The position numbers and the translations under genes are program-made. Positions 1 to 10,228 of a stretch of DNA of 64,000 bases are shown here, piece by piece. Below the pieces are notes generated by a model. It was not told the DNA's origin. It was given only the letters and a program-made list of their open reading frames with translations, and ran no database searches. Positions within the stretch are counted from its first letter, which is position 1. Each line of letters begins with the position of its first letter. Origin of the DNA: Macrostomum lignano (taxonomy: Eukaryota); NCBI GenBank assembly GCA_002269645.1, contig NIVC01000996.1, positions 310,001 to 374,000 of the forward strand, in the 5' to 3' direction.

Positions 1-347
1 GTTTACCAAAAAGGGGACTTTGTCAGAATTTCAAAATCTCGTCGAGCCTTTGACAAGGAAGCATACGATATGTACAGCGAAGAAGTTTACGTTGTGTCTC
101 AAGTATGCCCGGGACCGCCTCATTTTTATCGCATTTCCGACCTATCTGGAGAACAAATCGAGGGTCGATTCTACTATAATGAACTTTCAAAGACGGTTCG
201 ACCGACCGCTTTGTTATAGACAAAATTCTGCGTCGCAATGTCATCATCAATGGTGTCGCTCATCATTTCGTTAGTTGGCGCGGCTATCCCGAGTCGTTCA
301 ATGCATTTGTACCAGTTGAGGAAGTTATAAATATAAGACAAGGATGA
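1..347 (+). pseudogene. Polinton retroviral-type integrase, C-terminal part with chromodomain; frameshifted
   Basis: Frame 1 reads VYQKGDFVRISKSRRAFDKEAYDMYSEEVYVVSQVCPGPPHFYRISDLSGEQIEGRFYYNELSK, matching the Polinton INT motif GDxVRISK...SEE.F...Y.L.D..GE.I.G.FY..EL. A 1-nt shift near 205-212 continues in frame 3 as FVIDKILRR...HFVSWRGYPESFNAFVP (chromodomain), with TGA at 345-347. Confidence 0.85.
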
Positions 348-381
348 ACACACATACACTCGAAACGTGTAGTATATTACA

Positions 382-1536
382 ATGCATCTATTCCTACCTA
401 GCAATGCGTGCGTTGAGCACTATCCTGAGAATAATTCGGCACATTATAGCATTAATTTGCCCGACACCCTCCACTTTCCGAATCATGAAGTCTGCATCGA
501 ACGGATCTACTTTTGTAAAGAATTCAAAACCGTCCCCGATAATCGAATGGTTGATGTCCTGACCAACGCTCCCGAGGATGAAGTGATTGACATTGAGGTG
601 AGAGAAAAACCCGCCTCCACGTATAAACAGTTTGCGTCGGTTTCTCTCGCCGCGGGGCTATCAACAGCCAACGAAGTGGTTGATGCAATCATCGCCGATC
701 TAAAATATGAGCAAGACGATAATGCGATGATTTGCATTGAGCGTTCACAGGAAGGCCAAATTTCAATTGTGAACAAATCATGGTATGGTGCGAACATTAG
801 GCTGTCCAGTAATGTGCGTAGCATGTTTAAAAAGGTTGATGACGCTGGAAATAAATCAAATATCGAAGTAACGACTTTTTTATTAAACCCAAGAAATTCG
901 TTAGTATTCGCTATAGAATTGGAGTCCTCCTCCTCCATAGAGAGTCCGATGACTCTAACGTTTGAAAAGAGTGTCTGGCCTTCTAGAACGTCACTGCGGA
1001 TTGCTAAAGGATTCTACCGCACGCCTGATGAGCTCTTAAATTATGTTAATGGAGCGCTTTGGGGCGTCGTTTCAAAGCTCCCAATAAGTCCAGCGACGAG
1101 AGTGGATGCATTCCGCTACAACCCTTTTCTGAACCGGTGTGAGTACAAACCCATTGAAAACATTTTATTCGACATTGGAGAGCTTGCTGCCATTCTCGGC
1201 TTTCGCGAAGATGTTTTCAATGAAACTCCAAAGACCGCTAAACGACCAATCGATTTAACAAATGGTGTACAAACTATGTACATCTATTCAAATATTGTCG
1301 ACTCTGCCATTGTTGGAGACGTCAAAGTCCCCCTGCTTGGGGCAATTCCTTTGAATGAAAAGGTATACGGCGAACGAGAGTACTACGAGTTTGTCAATCC
1401 ATCCTACTTACCGTTGGTGAAACACCCATTCAAAACCATTGAGGTGCAAATCTGTGACGATATGGGCAAGTTAATGGATCGGATTCTTCGAGGCAAAACT
1501 GTTTTATCGATCAACATTCGTGAAATTAAGCTATAA
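382..1536 (+). CDS. Polinton minor capsid protein (penton, PZ-like), 384 aa
   Basis: N-terminus MHLFLPSNACVEHYPENNSAHYSINLP and C-terminal MYIYSNIVDSAIVGDVKVPLL...YLPL...IEVQICDDMG match the Polinton penton pattern. The ORF is intact. Confidence 0.85.
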   Translation: MHLFLPSNACVEHYPENNSAHYSINLPDTLHFPNHEVCIERIYFCKEFKTVPDNRMVDVLTNAPEDEVIDIEVREKPASTYKQFASVSLAAGLSTANEVVDAIIADLKYEQDDNAMICIERSQEGQISIVNKSWYGANIRLSSNVRSMFKKVDDAGNKSNIEVTTFLLNPRNSLVFAIELESSSSIESPMTLTFEKSVWPSRTSLRIAKGFYRTPDELLNYVNGALWGVVSKLPISPATRVDAFRYNPFLNRCEYKPIENILFDIGELAAILGFREDVFNETPKTAKRPIDLTNGVQTMYIYSNIVDSAIVGDVKVPLLGAIPLNEKVYGEREYYEFVNPSYLPLVKHPFKTIEVQICDDMGKLMDRILRGKTVLSINIREIKL

Positions 1537-1580
1537 ATAAAGAAGTTTTCACGAATAAAAGGTAGCAACTGATCGACAAT

Positions 1581-1949
1581 ATGCCTTCAATCTTGATCGG
1601 AGGAGCTTTACCGGTATTTTCCGGTGCACAGCGCGGCAACGGCCTGTTTGGCAGCATTGCCCGATTTGCCCTGCCAATTTTAAAGAGTTTTGGCAAAAAT
1701 ATTCTTCGCCACGGAACACGAGCCCTAGCTACAACAGTTAGCGACACACTCGATCAAGGCGGGAACTTGAAAGAAGCGGCATTGCGTAACTCTGTCCAGG
1801 CAGCTAAAGATGCTTTCAAGGACACAGTCGCACAACGAGGTAGCGGCAGACAAAGACGAAGAAAGATGACTAACAAAAAAACGAGAAAAAGACTGCAGCA
1901 TTCTGATATTTTCGACTCTATAAATAAAAAAACCCGTGCCAATAACTGA
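1581..1949 (+). CDS. Polinton pX-like small core/membrane-active protein, 122 aa
   Basis: Two QRG(N/S)G motifs, an amphipathic segment (LFGSIARFALPILKSFGKNIL), a basic tail (RQRRRKMTNKKTRKR) and a DIF motif. It sits between penton and major capsid, as in many Polintons. Confidence 0.7.
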   Translation: MPSILIGGALPVFSGAQRGNGLFGSIARFALPILKSFGKNILRHGTRALATTVSDTLDQGGNLKEAALRNSVQAAKDAFKDTVAQRGSGRQRRRKMTNKKTRKRLQHSDIFDSINKKTRANN

Positions 1950-1992
1950 TCTGTCTATTAGAGCACCACACTAAGCCGCTGTTGAATGAAAA

Positions 1993-3307
1993 ATGACTGA
2001 GTGCCTGTGTACAAAGTCGGAATTCGAGCTTTTTGCTCCTCGCGCACACCAAATTGCTGCAATTAGCGCCACCACTGAAGAAGTTCACCCTGTTGCCAGT
2101 GTTGAAAATGCCAGCGTGGTCGAATTTAGGATTGTTGGTGGTGAGACGTTTATCGATCTTAACGACATTGACCTCGAGATTAAGGCCCGCGTTAAGCAGT
2201 CTAATGGTACAAATCTTGCTGCTGATTCGAATGTTGCGCCGGTCAATTACGTCCTTGAAAGCATGTTTAAAAACGTCACGTTGACAATCAACGGGACACA
2301 CGTAGAGTCGAGCAATAACAACCACGCTTACAAGGCCTATATTCGCACGTGTTTGAATTACGGACACGATTCAAAAACCAATCAACTGAGAATGATGGGC
2401 TACGCAAAGGACGCTGGAGGTCAAATGGCTGTGGTTGGAAATCCTGGCTTTGTAGCGCGCAACTCACGGCAAACTCACGCACCTTTCACCTTTATGGACC
2501 TCTTAGTTTAGACTTTTTTGTTACCAACGACCGAATGCTACTGCCATACACTGATATGGTAATTACGCTGACCATGCACAATTCCGGCTTCGTTCTGGAA
2601 AACCACGCGGACGGGGTTGATGCGCGGCTAGTACTCGAGAGTGCCAAACTACATGTGCGCCGCGTCAAGGCAAACCCCCAATTGGCATTGGAGATTGAAG
2701 AACAACTAGGCAAACAGAATGCAATCTATCCGATTGAGCGACTTGTTGTGCACAATACTTCAGTGGCTGGCGGTGTTCGGGACATGTCAATCAACAATAT
2801 ATTTCCTGAGCAAAAGCCTAAACAATCAACAATATATTTCCTGAGCAAAAGCCTAAACTAGTGGTTGTTGGCATGGTGAACAGCGGTGCATACAACGGTG
2901 TGGCTACACATAACCCGTTTAATTTTGAACCATTTGGTGCCGACAGTGTCGCTCTGTATAAGGACGGAGTCAGTCGGTGTGGACAACCGTTTACTCCTCG
3001 ATTCGGTGTTCATAACTATGCTCGCGAGTATGCCATGCTACTAAAAAGCCTAGGAAAGATGAATCGGGACCTGGATATTGACGTATCATATTCCGACTAT
3101 GGAGCTGGCTACTGCTTCTTCGCCTGGAATCTCATGCCCGACATGGAGCTGGGCGGGCATAGCATGCCTCGCGAGCGAGGGAATCTGACGCTACAAATAA
3201 AGTTTTCTGCTGCCTTGGCCGCAGGAATCAACGTGTTGGTGTTTGGCTACTTTGACAATACTGTGCAAATCACTCGCGGTCGTCAGGTTATTCTAGACTA
3301 CGTGTAG
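1993..3307 (+). pseudogene. Polinton major capsid protein (double jelly-roll, PY/hexon-like) with two frameshifts
   Basis: Three ORF pieces (1993-2511, 2349-2861, 2861-3307) join into one MCP: CTKSEFELF...VEFRI...LESMFKNVTLTING...YKAYIRTCLNY / FHLYGPLSLDFF / NPFNFEPF...GYCFFAWNL...LQIKFS. Lesions are a 1-nt deletion near 2456-2461 and a perfect 35-bp tandem duplication (2788-2822 = 2823-2857). Confidence 0.9.
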
Positions 3308-3357
3308 AAACAAACATCTCTTTTTTATTCTCGAATAACGACCATATTCATGCCGAT

Positions 3358-3807
3358 ATGAATAGTCTAGATATATTAGAACGTCTAATACTACCTGTCC
3401 CTGTTCGAGTAACACCAGTTGACAGGATTCCGCAGCCTGTTTATCCTGCTGCATACGTGATTAACTTTGACACTGGCAATCTACCAGGCACTCACTGGGC
3501 TTTAATTTGTCTTCATGCCGATGAGAGCGTGACATTTTTTGACCCCTTGTGTATCGATCCTGTGCCAGATTTATTAAAGTTGTGGATCGCAAAGTATGTC
3601 CCTGTGGAGGTGGCCATGAACCGGCATCCTGTACAGCATCAGCTAAGTGTGACCTGCGGGGCTCATGTAATATTTGTGGCTGAAAAACACTTTCTGGAGG
3701 GTCTGTCAATTGAAAAAATATTGCGCGACTGTTATAGCACAAATCTTTACGAGAACGACTTGATGGTGCAGAATCACTGTCTACAAATAAAGCAGCATCA
3801 TCCATAA
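3358..3807 (+). CDS. Adenain-like cysteine protease (Polinton PRO), 149 aa
   Basis: Catalytic motifs in order: YVINFDTGNLPGTHWAL (His), TFFDPL (Asp), VQHQLSVTCGAHV (Gln/Cys). Confidence 0.9.
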   Translation: MNSLDILERLILPVPVRVTPVDRIPQPVYPAAYVINFDTGNLPGTHWALICLHADESVTFFDPLCIDPVPDLLKLWIAKYVPVEVAMNRHPVQHQLSVTCGAHVIFVAEKHFLEGLSIEKILRDCYSTNLYENDLMVQNHCLQIKQHHP

Positions 3808-3809
3808 AT

Positions 3810-4460
3810 ATGATTGGGCTGCCTATCAAAATGTATCAAACAATAGACCCCGACTCTTTAAAATTTGCCCCCAAAACGTCGGCAATTTTTGCTGGGGTGG
3901 CTCAAAGCGGCAAGACCACACTTGTGAAAAACCTATTGAGACAAGAATTTTTTCAAGATCCGAAGCCGATTCGCGTAGACTGGTTTGGCCACTATCCGGA
4001 TCCTGAACTGTTTGAATTGCCGTACCCTGTAAATTTTCGTTCGTGTACATTTGATCCTGAACAATATGTCCCTGAACCAAATATTCTGCTTGTCGTCGAC
4101 GACCAAATGCATGCCATGGAAAAGAGTGGCGCTTTTACAACTTTTTTCACGCGCAAAGTCTCCCACGTGGGGTTCCGACTTTGGTATCTTGTGCAAAACC
4201 TGTTTGCAAAGGGTAAGGAGCACCGAACTCAGTCGCTCAATTCGAACTACCTTGTTTTATTCCGCAATGTACGGGATGCCAGCACAGTGTCTCATATTGC
4301 AAGGCAGCTGGTCCCCACTAATCCAAAAAGTTTTGTCAAAACGTATGAGGATGCTACTCGCGACCCCTACTCATACTTGATTGTAAACTGTTTGCAAAAT
4401 GCTCCTGCTCGCTATTATTCAAACGTTTTGGGTCGTCACCCAATTGTGTATGCTAAATAA
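3810..4460 (+). CDS. A32/FtsK-HerA family genome-packaging ATPase (Polinton ATP), 216 aa (start may be ATG 3831)
   Basis: Walker A GVAQSGKTT, Walker B LLVVDD, plus the A32-type motifs QNLFAKGK..RTQSLNSNYLVLFRNVRD and PYSYLIV. Confidence 0.92.
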   Translation: MIGLPIKMYQTIDPDSLKFAPKTSAIFAGVAQSGKTTLVKNLLRQEFFQDPKPIRVDWFGHYPDPELFELPYPVNFRSCTFDPEQYVPEPNILLVVDDQMHAMEKSGAFTTFFTRKVSHVGFRLWYLVQNLFAKGKEHRTQSLNSNYLVLFRNVRDASTVSHIARQLVPTNPKSFVKTYEDATRDPYSYLIVNCLQNAPARYYSNVLGRHPIVYAK

Positions 4461-4709
4461 ATATACGTATCAAAGCTCGGCCGGCTTTTTGTGTAAATAT
4501 ATATACGCCTTTTGAAAACTTATTTGGGAGAGGGGTTGGGGGATGACGTAATTGTCTCGGAGTGTCGACGAGGGCTGAATTCTAAAGAGTGAAGTATGGA
4601 AGGAGTGGATATAACAGTGTGGATAGCGGCGATTTACAGCGGCTGACTCATCATGCCTCCGCGCGGGGCCGCCAATTAATTGTGGGGGTCAAAGAATATT
4701 TTCTTGGAT

Positions 4710-4920
4710 GGGTGGGCGCTACAATTCTGTGCGTACACGAAGTTTGGTATATAAACAGCTATGGGGTGGGCGGACGCTACAATTCTGCGCGTACACCAAT
4801 TTTGGGATGGACAGTAAATATGGACAAGTAATAATATGGACAGTTATGGGGTGGGCGCTCTAATTCTGTCAATTTTTGGTATATGGACAGTTAATATGGA
4901 CAGTTAATTCTGCGTACACC
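4710..4920. repeat. Short imperfect repeats after the last Polinton gene (possible TIR-internal repeats)
   Basis: GGGTGGGCG(GAC)GCT..AATTCTG occurs at ~4710, 4764 and 4848, with a partial copy at ~4905. ATGGACA(G) occurs five times in 4807-4903. Confidence 0.55.
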
Positions 4921-5243
4921 AATGCTGCATTGTGCGGGGATGGGAGCGCGCGCGTTTCTACGTACAACAACTGCGAAGCGCTAATTATGCGTACTATATT
5001 GTACTCGTCGCTGCTGTACGATACACTGATTACATGTATAGATTTTACATGAGAGTATAAATGTCTCACATAATGACTCTGGACCAATTAGAATCGGTCT
5101 AATGTATTTAGATAGGCGTTGAATTTGCATTGGCTCTGACACCCACCTCACCTCCAAAATCAACAACAATCTGCGCATTACGTAGTAGCATAACTATTGT
5201 ACGCTCGTAAAGCCTTTAAAGTGTAGTCAATATAGCAAGCGTA

Positions 5244-5927
5244 CTAGCTGCTACCCACCCAGTCAATCGTCCGATTTCTAGCACAAGCATCAGGTACCAT
5301 CCTGTTGCACGTGCTGCAGGTCGCCTGGCTTCCTCCTTGACTGTAATTCTGGATAACCTGCCAGATGTGACACCTATACTTTTTTAGGGATCCTGTGTCG
5401 TTTCTGAAGTGTAGCGGTGATCCAGTTGCAACAGCCGTGGCATACAGACAGACGAACACACCGCAGCTATAGCCGTCATTCTGCATGGTCCGTGGCAAAG
5501 TATCTGGCTCAAAAGTCACCGGGCTGCTTCTGAACACAGGTGCTGTTTGGTCCACGAATGCAGCGACGACATTCGAATCGAGGAGTTGTCTGCAGGAGTA
5601 TGAAATGTAGTTTAGCGGAATATTTTAAGTACCGGATTTTTAGTATATGGATGGACGTTCATGGCTTTATGGTCCATAATAGCAAGTAAATTTACAGGCA
5701 AAAAGTTAATCAGCACATTGTACGAGCGTACAGTAGCTCGTAGGTGCAATTATACGACACAAATGGTTTACCTACTTCCATCGATGAACTATGGGCTTCA
5801 GTTGACGAATTGCAGCGGCTCAGTTTTTCAGTGAGTCCAGGATTAGAATTTTTCTGCTGGCACCGCAAATCACAATTAGATAAATATGTGACCCGTGTAA
5901 GACCGGAACAAATATTTGACTTAAATC
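5244..5927 (-). pseudogene. Spliced Ulp1/SENP (peptidase C48)-like protease relic, last two exons (5927-5776, 5589-5244)
   Basis: Exon A reads DLSQIFVPVLHGSHIYLIVICGASRKILILDSLKN*AAA (His and Asp motifs; in-frame TGA at 5822-5820). A phase-2 GTAGGT...CTGCAG intron joins it to exon B, QLLDSNVVAAF...MQNDGYSCGVFVCLYA (Gln/Cys motif), which ends at TAG 5244. Confidence 0.72.
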
Positions 5928-6138
5928 CTGCAAATGGACACGGTGTTCGGTAATCATTTAGTAACTGTAGCATGCGCAGGCAGGCAGTTCGGGCACTCAG
6001 TTTGCACTCCGTAACCCCCACCCAGCCTATCCACTTCCCCCTGCTCGAGCACATCCCAACGCGCACTCAATTAACCAGAAATCTGAGTTTCGCCAGTCAA
6101 TAAATATGCAGACACAGCCACCTTTTATTTATACTTTA

Positions 6139-6388
6139 ACATGTATTTTAAATGGGAGCACATCGAAAATCGGTGCCATTTCGAGCCAGAGTGACGGATC
6201 GAGCTGAAACTGTATATTTATCGGTTTCTGGTTTGCAATTTTTAGTGTGTAAAATTCATGTTGAATGGTCAAGCCAAAGTGAGCGAACTCGAATATCGAT
6301 CTGCCTTATAAAATCACATGTATTTTAAATGGGAGCACATCGAAAATCGGTGCCATTTCGAGCCAGAGTGACGGATCGAGCTGAAACT
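6139..6388. repeat. 73-bp perfect direct repeat (6139-6211 and 6316-6388)
   Basis: ACATGTATTTTAAATGGGAGCACATCGAAAATCGGTGCCATTTCGAGCCAGAGTGACGGATCGAGCTGAAACT occurs twice, with period 177 bp. Confidence 0.9.
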
Positions 6389-6883
6389 TTATTTTTGCAA
6401 TGTTCTTAGTTGCACTCTTTTTTCTGTCAAACGGCGTTCTAAAATATTTTTGCAGAGCAGAGATTTTGTTAGTTTTCGAATATCAATCTGAATATCGATC
6501 GGGAAACAAATGCGTCACATATCTTTAAAAAGTTCATCGAATAATCTTTTCTTTTAAAAATTAAATTACTATAACAAACGAATAAATTTAAACGGTGCAT
6601 TGACTAAAGCAATATACAATAGCAAAAATTAATTGGTCGAAATTTCTGACCGTCTTCTAGAGAAGATTGTCCTGAGTAAAAAACCGACGAAATGATTTAA
6701 GGGATGCGTAATAGTCATGCGAATTGACGGTAACGCAGGGTTATCGTACTATTAAATTATTATGTCTAAAAGAATTATGCTTATAGATTTTATAGTTCTT
6801 GATTACAAATTTAAACAGTAGGCTAAATGTGTGTACATGTAATATAGCTAGTCTTATAGATTTTAAAGAGGCATTAACTCAAA

Positions 6884-7400
6884 CTACTCGCATGTCAGGG
6901 TCTCGTGCTCCACACGTGCTCTAGCAGGGCCAGGCTCATTCACCTCGAGCCAATTACCCGGTTCTCTCCATGCCACGACGTTTGGCAGGCCCGCGAGAGC
7001 ATACCTCTTAATCTCGCCCGCGGTACCCCAGGGACACGGGGAGCCGAGTTGTTCCACCATGCACCGCCGGGGGAGCACACCACGCTGCAGGCGAGACCGA
7101 CGCCCCCCTGAGCGACTCAGCTTTCTTTTTCCTTTTGGTCGCCGGCCATTAGGGCCATGCAGCGGAATGCCCATGGGTCTGTCTCCTCTGCCTCTCTTCG
7201 CTGCAGCATGCGCCGGTCGATGCCCCTGCAGATACCGGAAGTTACCAGACAGCTTATCTTCAACTTCTTCAAGACATTCGATCTTCTGCGATGCTCCAGG
7301 AAGATACACATGTACATGTACACTAGCGTCTACACTAGACACTTCAGTTAATGTCTTGACAATGTTCTTCCAATCGCTGACCGCATCGAACTGAATTTAC
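6884..7400 (-). other. GC-rich coding-like segment, possibly upstream exon(s) of the Ulp1-like relic
   Basis: Open frame IQFDAVSDWKNIVKTLTEVSSVDASVHV...REPGNWLE on the same strand as the Ulp1 exons. PGNWL resembles the Ulp1 pre-catalytic PGxWLxD motif. The splice path was not resolved. Confidence 0.3.
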
Positions 7401-8314
7401 TGGGTGCTGCGGATTGCTCCAATTCAATTCTTACTACCAACGACGATGTCGACATGGTTTTGACGCTAAATTAAGCGAAGAAGTGAATTTCGCATTCTTG
7501 GCTAAGCCGACGATCTTGCCCGCAGCTTTTTATCCTTCCTTAACCGTCTTTGACAGAATTCAAGTAAATTTTCTCGTACTTGCAAAAATTAAAAAGAAAA
7601 GAAATTAGCAAGAAAATCTTTTGCTATCCTTGTCCATCAGCCAACAGTTAGGCGAGGACGAAAAACAGTTACTCGGCTACTATAGCATTATTTTCCTTTA
7701 GCTTTATTTATTTATCAATCGAGATGCAGGCTCCAAAAATCCCAATCTATTAACGTTAGTACGCGTATTATAGCAATTTCCTAATCAATACTTTGCGAGA
7801 AAATTATTGAATTTGAAAGAGAAATACCGAAACAGCATGTCAATCTTAATAATAATCAATAGTTTTTTCCAGTTGAGTATACATGCTGTAATTCTATTTT
7901 ATAATTACTCCAAAACCAAAGGTAGGGTAAAACAAAATCTTCGAGTTGTTTTACTAGCCTGGTAACCGTTTTTTTGTTAAAATCGATTGATACATTATTA
8001 GTGCAATACATTATATTACACTAAATTATATTGCATGATTAATTAGACAATAACAGCAAAATTATAATGCCACATTTTGAATATATATATTATTAACGTC
8101 GTTATTAAACTACTATAATTGTCAACTATAAATTAGATTGTTGATTAGCGAGCCGCTTTGCTTTCAAGTGTGCCATATTACTGCCAAAACGTCAGATTTA
8201 TAGTCTCGCAAGCTATAAATACGATCGTAAATATGATAAGATAAGATTTGACAAATAATCCCGGCCACACTGCTGTCCGCAATTATTTCAGTTCGAGATG
8301 CCGTCAGCCAGCAA

Positions 8315-8438
8315 TTAGAAGAAGACGGCGTAGCCGATGATTCCGTCGCCAGAGCCTGACTGAGCGGCCTGCTGGCGTCGACCCCAGCTGCTGCGACTGC
8401 GTCGGCGATAGCCAGCAGACCCGGAGCGCTTGCCGAAT
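8315..8438 (-). CDS. NPF: Neuropeptide F precursor, coding exon 2 (A|TTC GGC AAG CGC...; FGKR plus a 36-aa C-terminal extension)
   Basis: Acceptor TTGCAG at 8441-8439. The phase-2 start completes AG+A=Arg and reads R-FGKRSGSAGYRRRSRSSWGRRQQAAQSGSGDGIIGYAVFF* (TAA 8317-8315). This was the only phase-correct FGKR exon found between exon 1 and here. Confidence 0.88.
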
Positions 8439-8819
8439 CTGCAACGGCGTTTTCATGCAGGGATTTGTATTGTCATGCTCTAGGCAATGCCAAACCTTAG
8501 ATGAGAACACCAATTAGAAATTTATACAAAGTATGGTAGAATGACTCACGAAGCTGATTAGTACAGATAAAGAAAGACATGCAGGATTTCCACCAGACTT
8601 AACCCCCTACACCCCAATCCATAATTAATCCCTTCATCAATTTGTTCACTGATCCGAAAGAGGCACAGGAAATGATTCATAATTGCTGAACCACCGAACG
8701 GCAATGAATTCAACGGCGCATGCATGCATCTTGCTCTGTAGCAGGAGCGTAGACCTAGAGATCCACGAGTGCAGATATTGTCTGCCATGGACAAGTAAAG
8801 CAGAGAGTGAAAAGTTGGG

Positions 8820-8824
8820 ATAGG

Positions 8825-8894
<70 letters not shown>

Positions 8895-8914
8895 GATAGA
8901 TAAATAGTAGATAG
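8820..8914. repeat. (GATA)n microsatellite
   Basis: Near-perfect TAGA tandem run. Confidence 0.97.
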
Positions 8915-9125
8915 CGAGAAAGAGCGAGCGAAGCGAGCTCTTTCGAGCTTGCTTGCCGCAGCCAATCAAGCTGAAAGCACGCACACAAGATCACCGGAAA
9001 CGATTAAGGCAGCTGGAAAGCCAATGGGCGCGGTAAGCGCTTTTATCCAGAGGAACTACCTGCTGGAACCAGCCATGCCGAACGAAAATCAGACTACTCA
9101 AGTAGTGCAAAAGAGTACGTGCAAC

Positions 9126-9866
<741 letters not shown>

Positions 9867-10228
9867 AAATGGCTTGGTCTTCTTTGCATTTTTGTTAAAA
9901 TTGGCACTGACAGCCACTAAGCCAGTAAATATACCAGATTAATAACTAATTGCCTGGACCTACGAACTGCACTGGGGATGCTCACAAAAAGTAAAACTTT
10001 TATCAGTATTTATTTGATTAGCCGCGCGCTGAGATGGGATGCCTCGAAAGTGAAGCTGAGGTATTATTTGGAATCGCATGAATATAGGAACTGGTTGGGA
10101 TATTTTAGAAATTCTAAAACTCTGAGTTATACTTTGGAATAGACTGAATAAGACTCTTTTTAGTGTGCTTCTCGGATGCTTTTATTCGTAGTAGTGCTTA
10201 CATGAATCCTTCTACTCACGCTTCCTAT

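Larger units (their letters stand above)
1..4920 (+). mobile_element. Polinton/Maverick (adintovirus-like) endogenous viral element, right-hand part; continues beyond the left window edge
   Basis: Six co-oriented intronless genes with Polinton hallmarks: integrase C-terminus with chromodomain, penton, pX-like protein, major capsid, adenain-type protease and A32-like ATPase. They are followed by a repeat-rich non-coding stretch at 4.7-4.9 kb. The exact terminus/TIR was not identified. Confidence 0.93.

Noticed and set aside
205-2461. Programmed ribosomal frameshifting in the Polinton integrase or capsid
   Set aside because: There is no X XXY YYZ slippery heptamer at either shift, and the capsid has a second, clearly mutational lesion.
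6883-6888. ACTACT as the Polinton right terminus
   Set aside because: It is a 6-mer match only, the left TIR is outside the window, and it would place a spliced gene inside the element.
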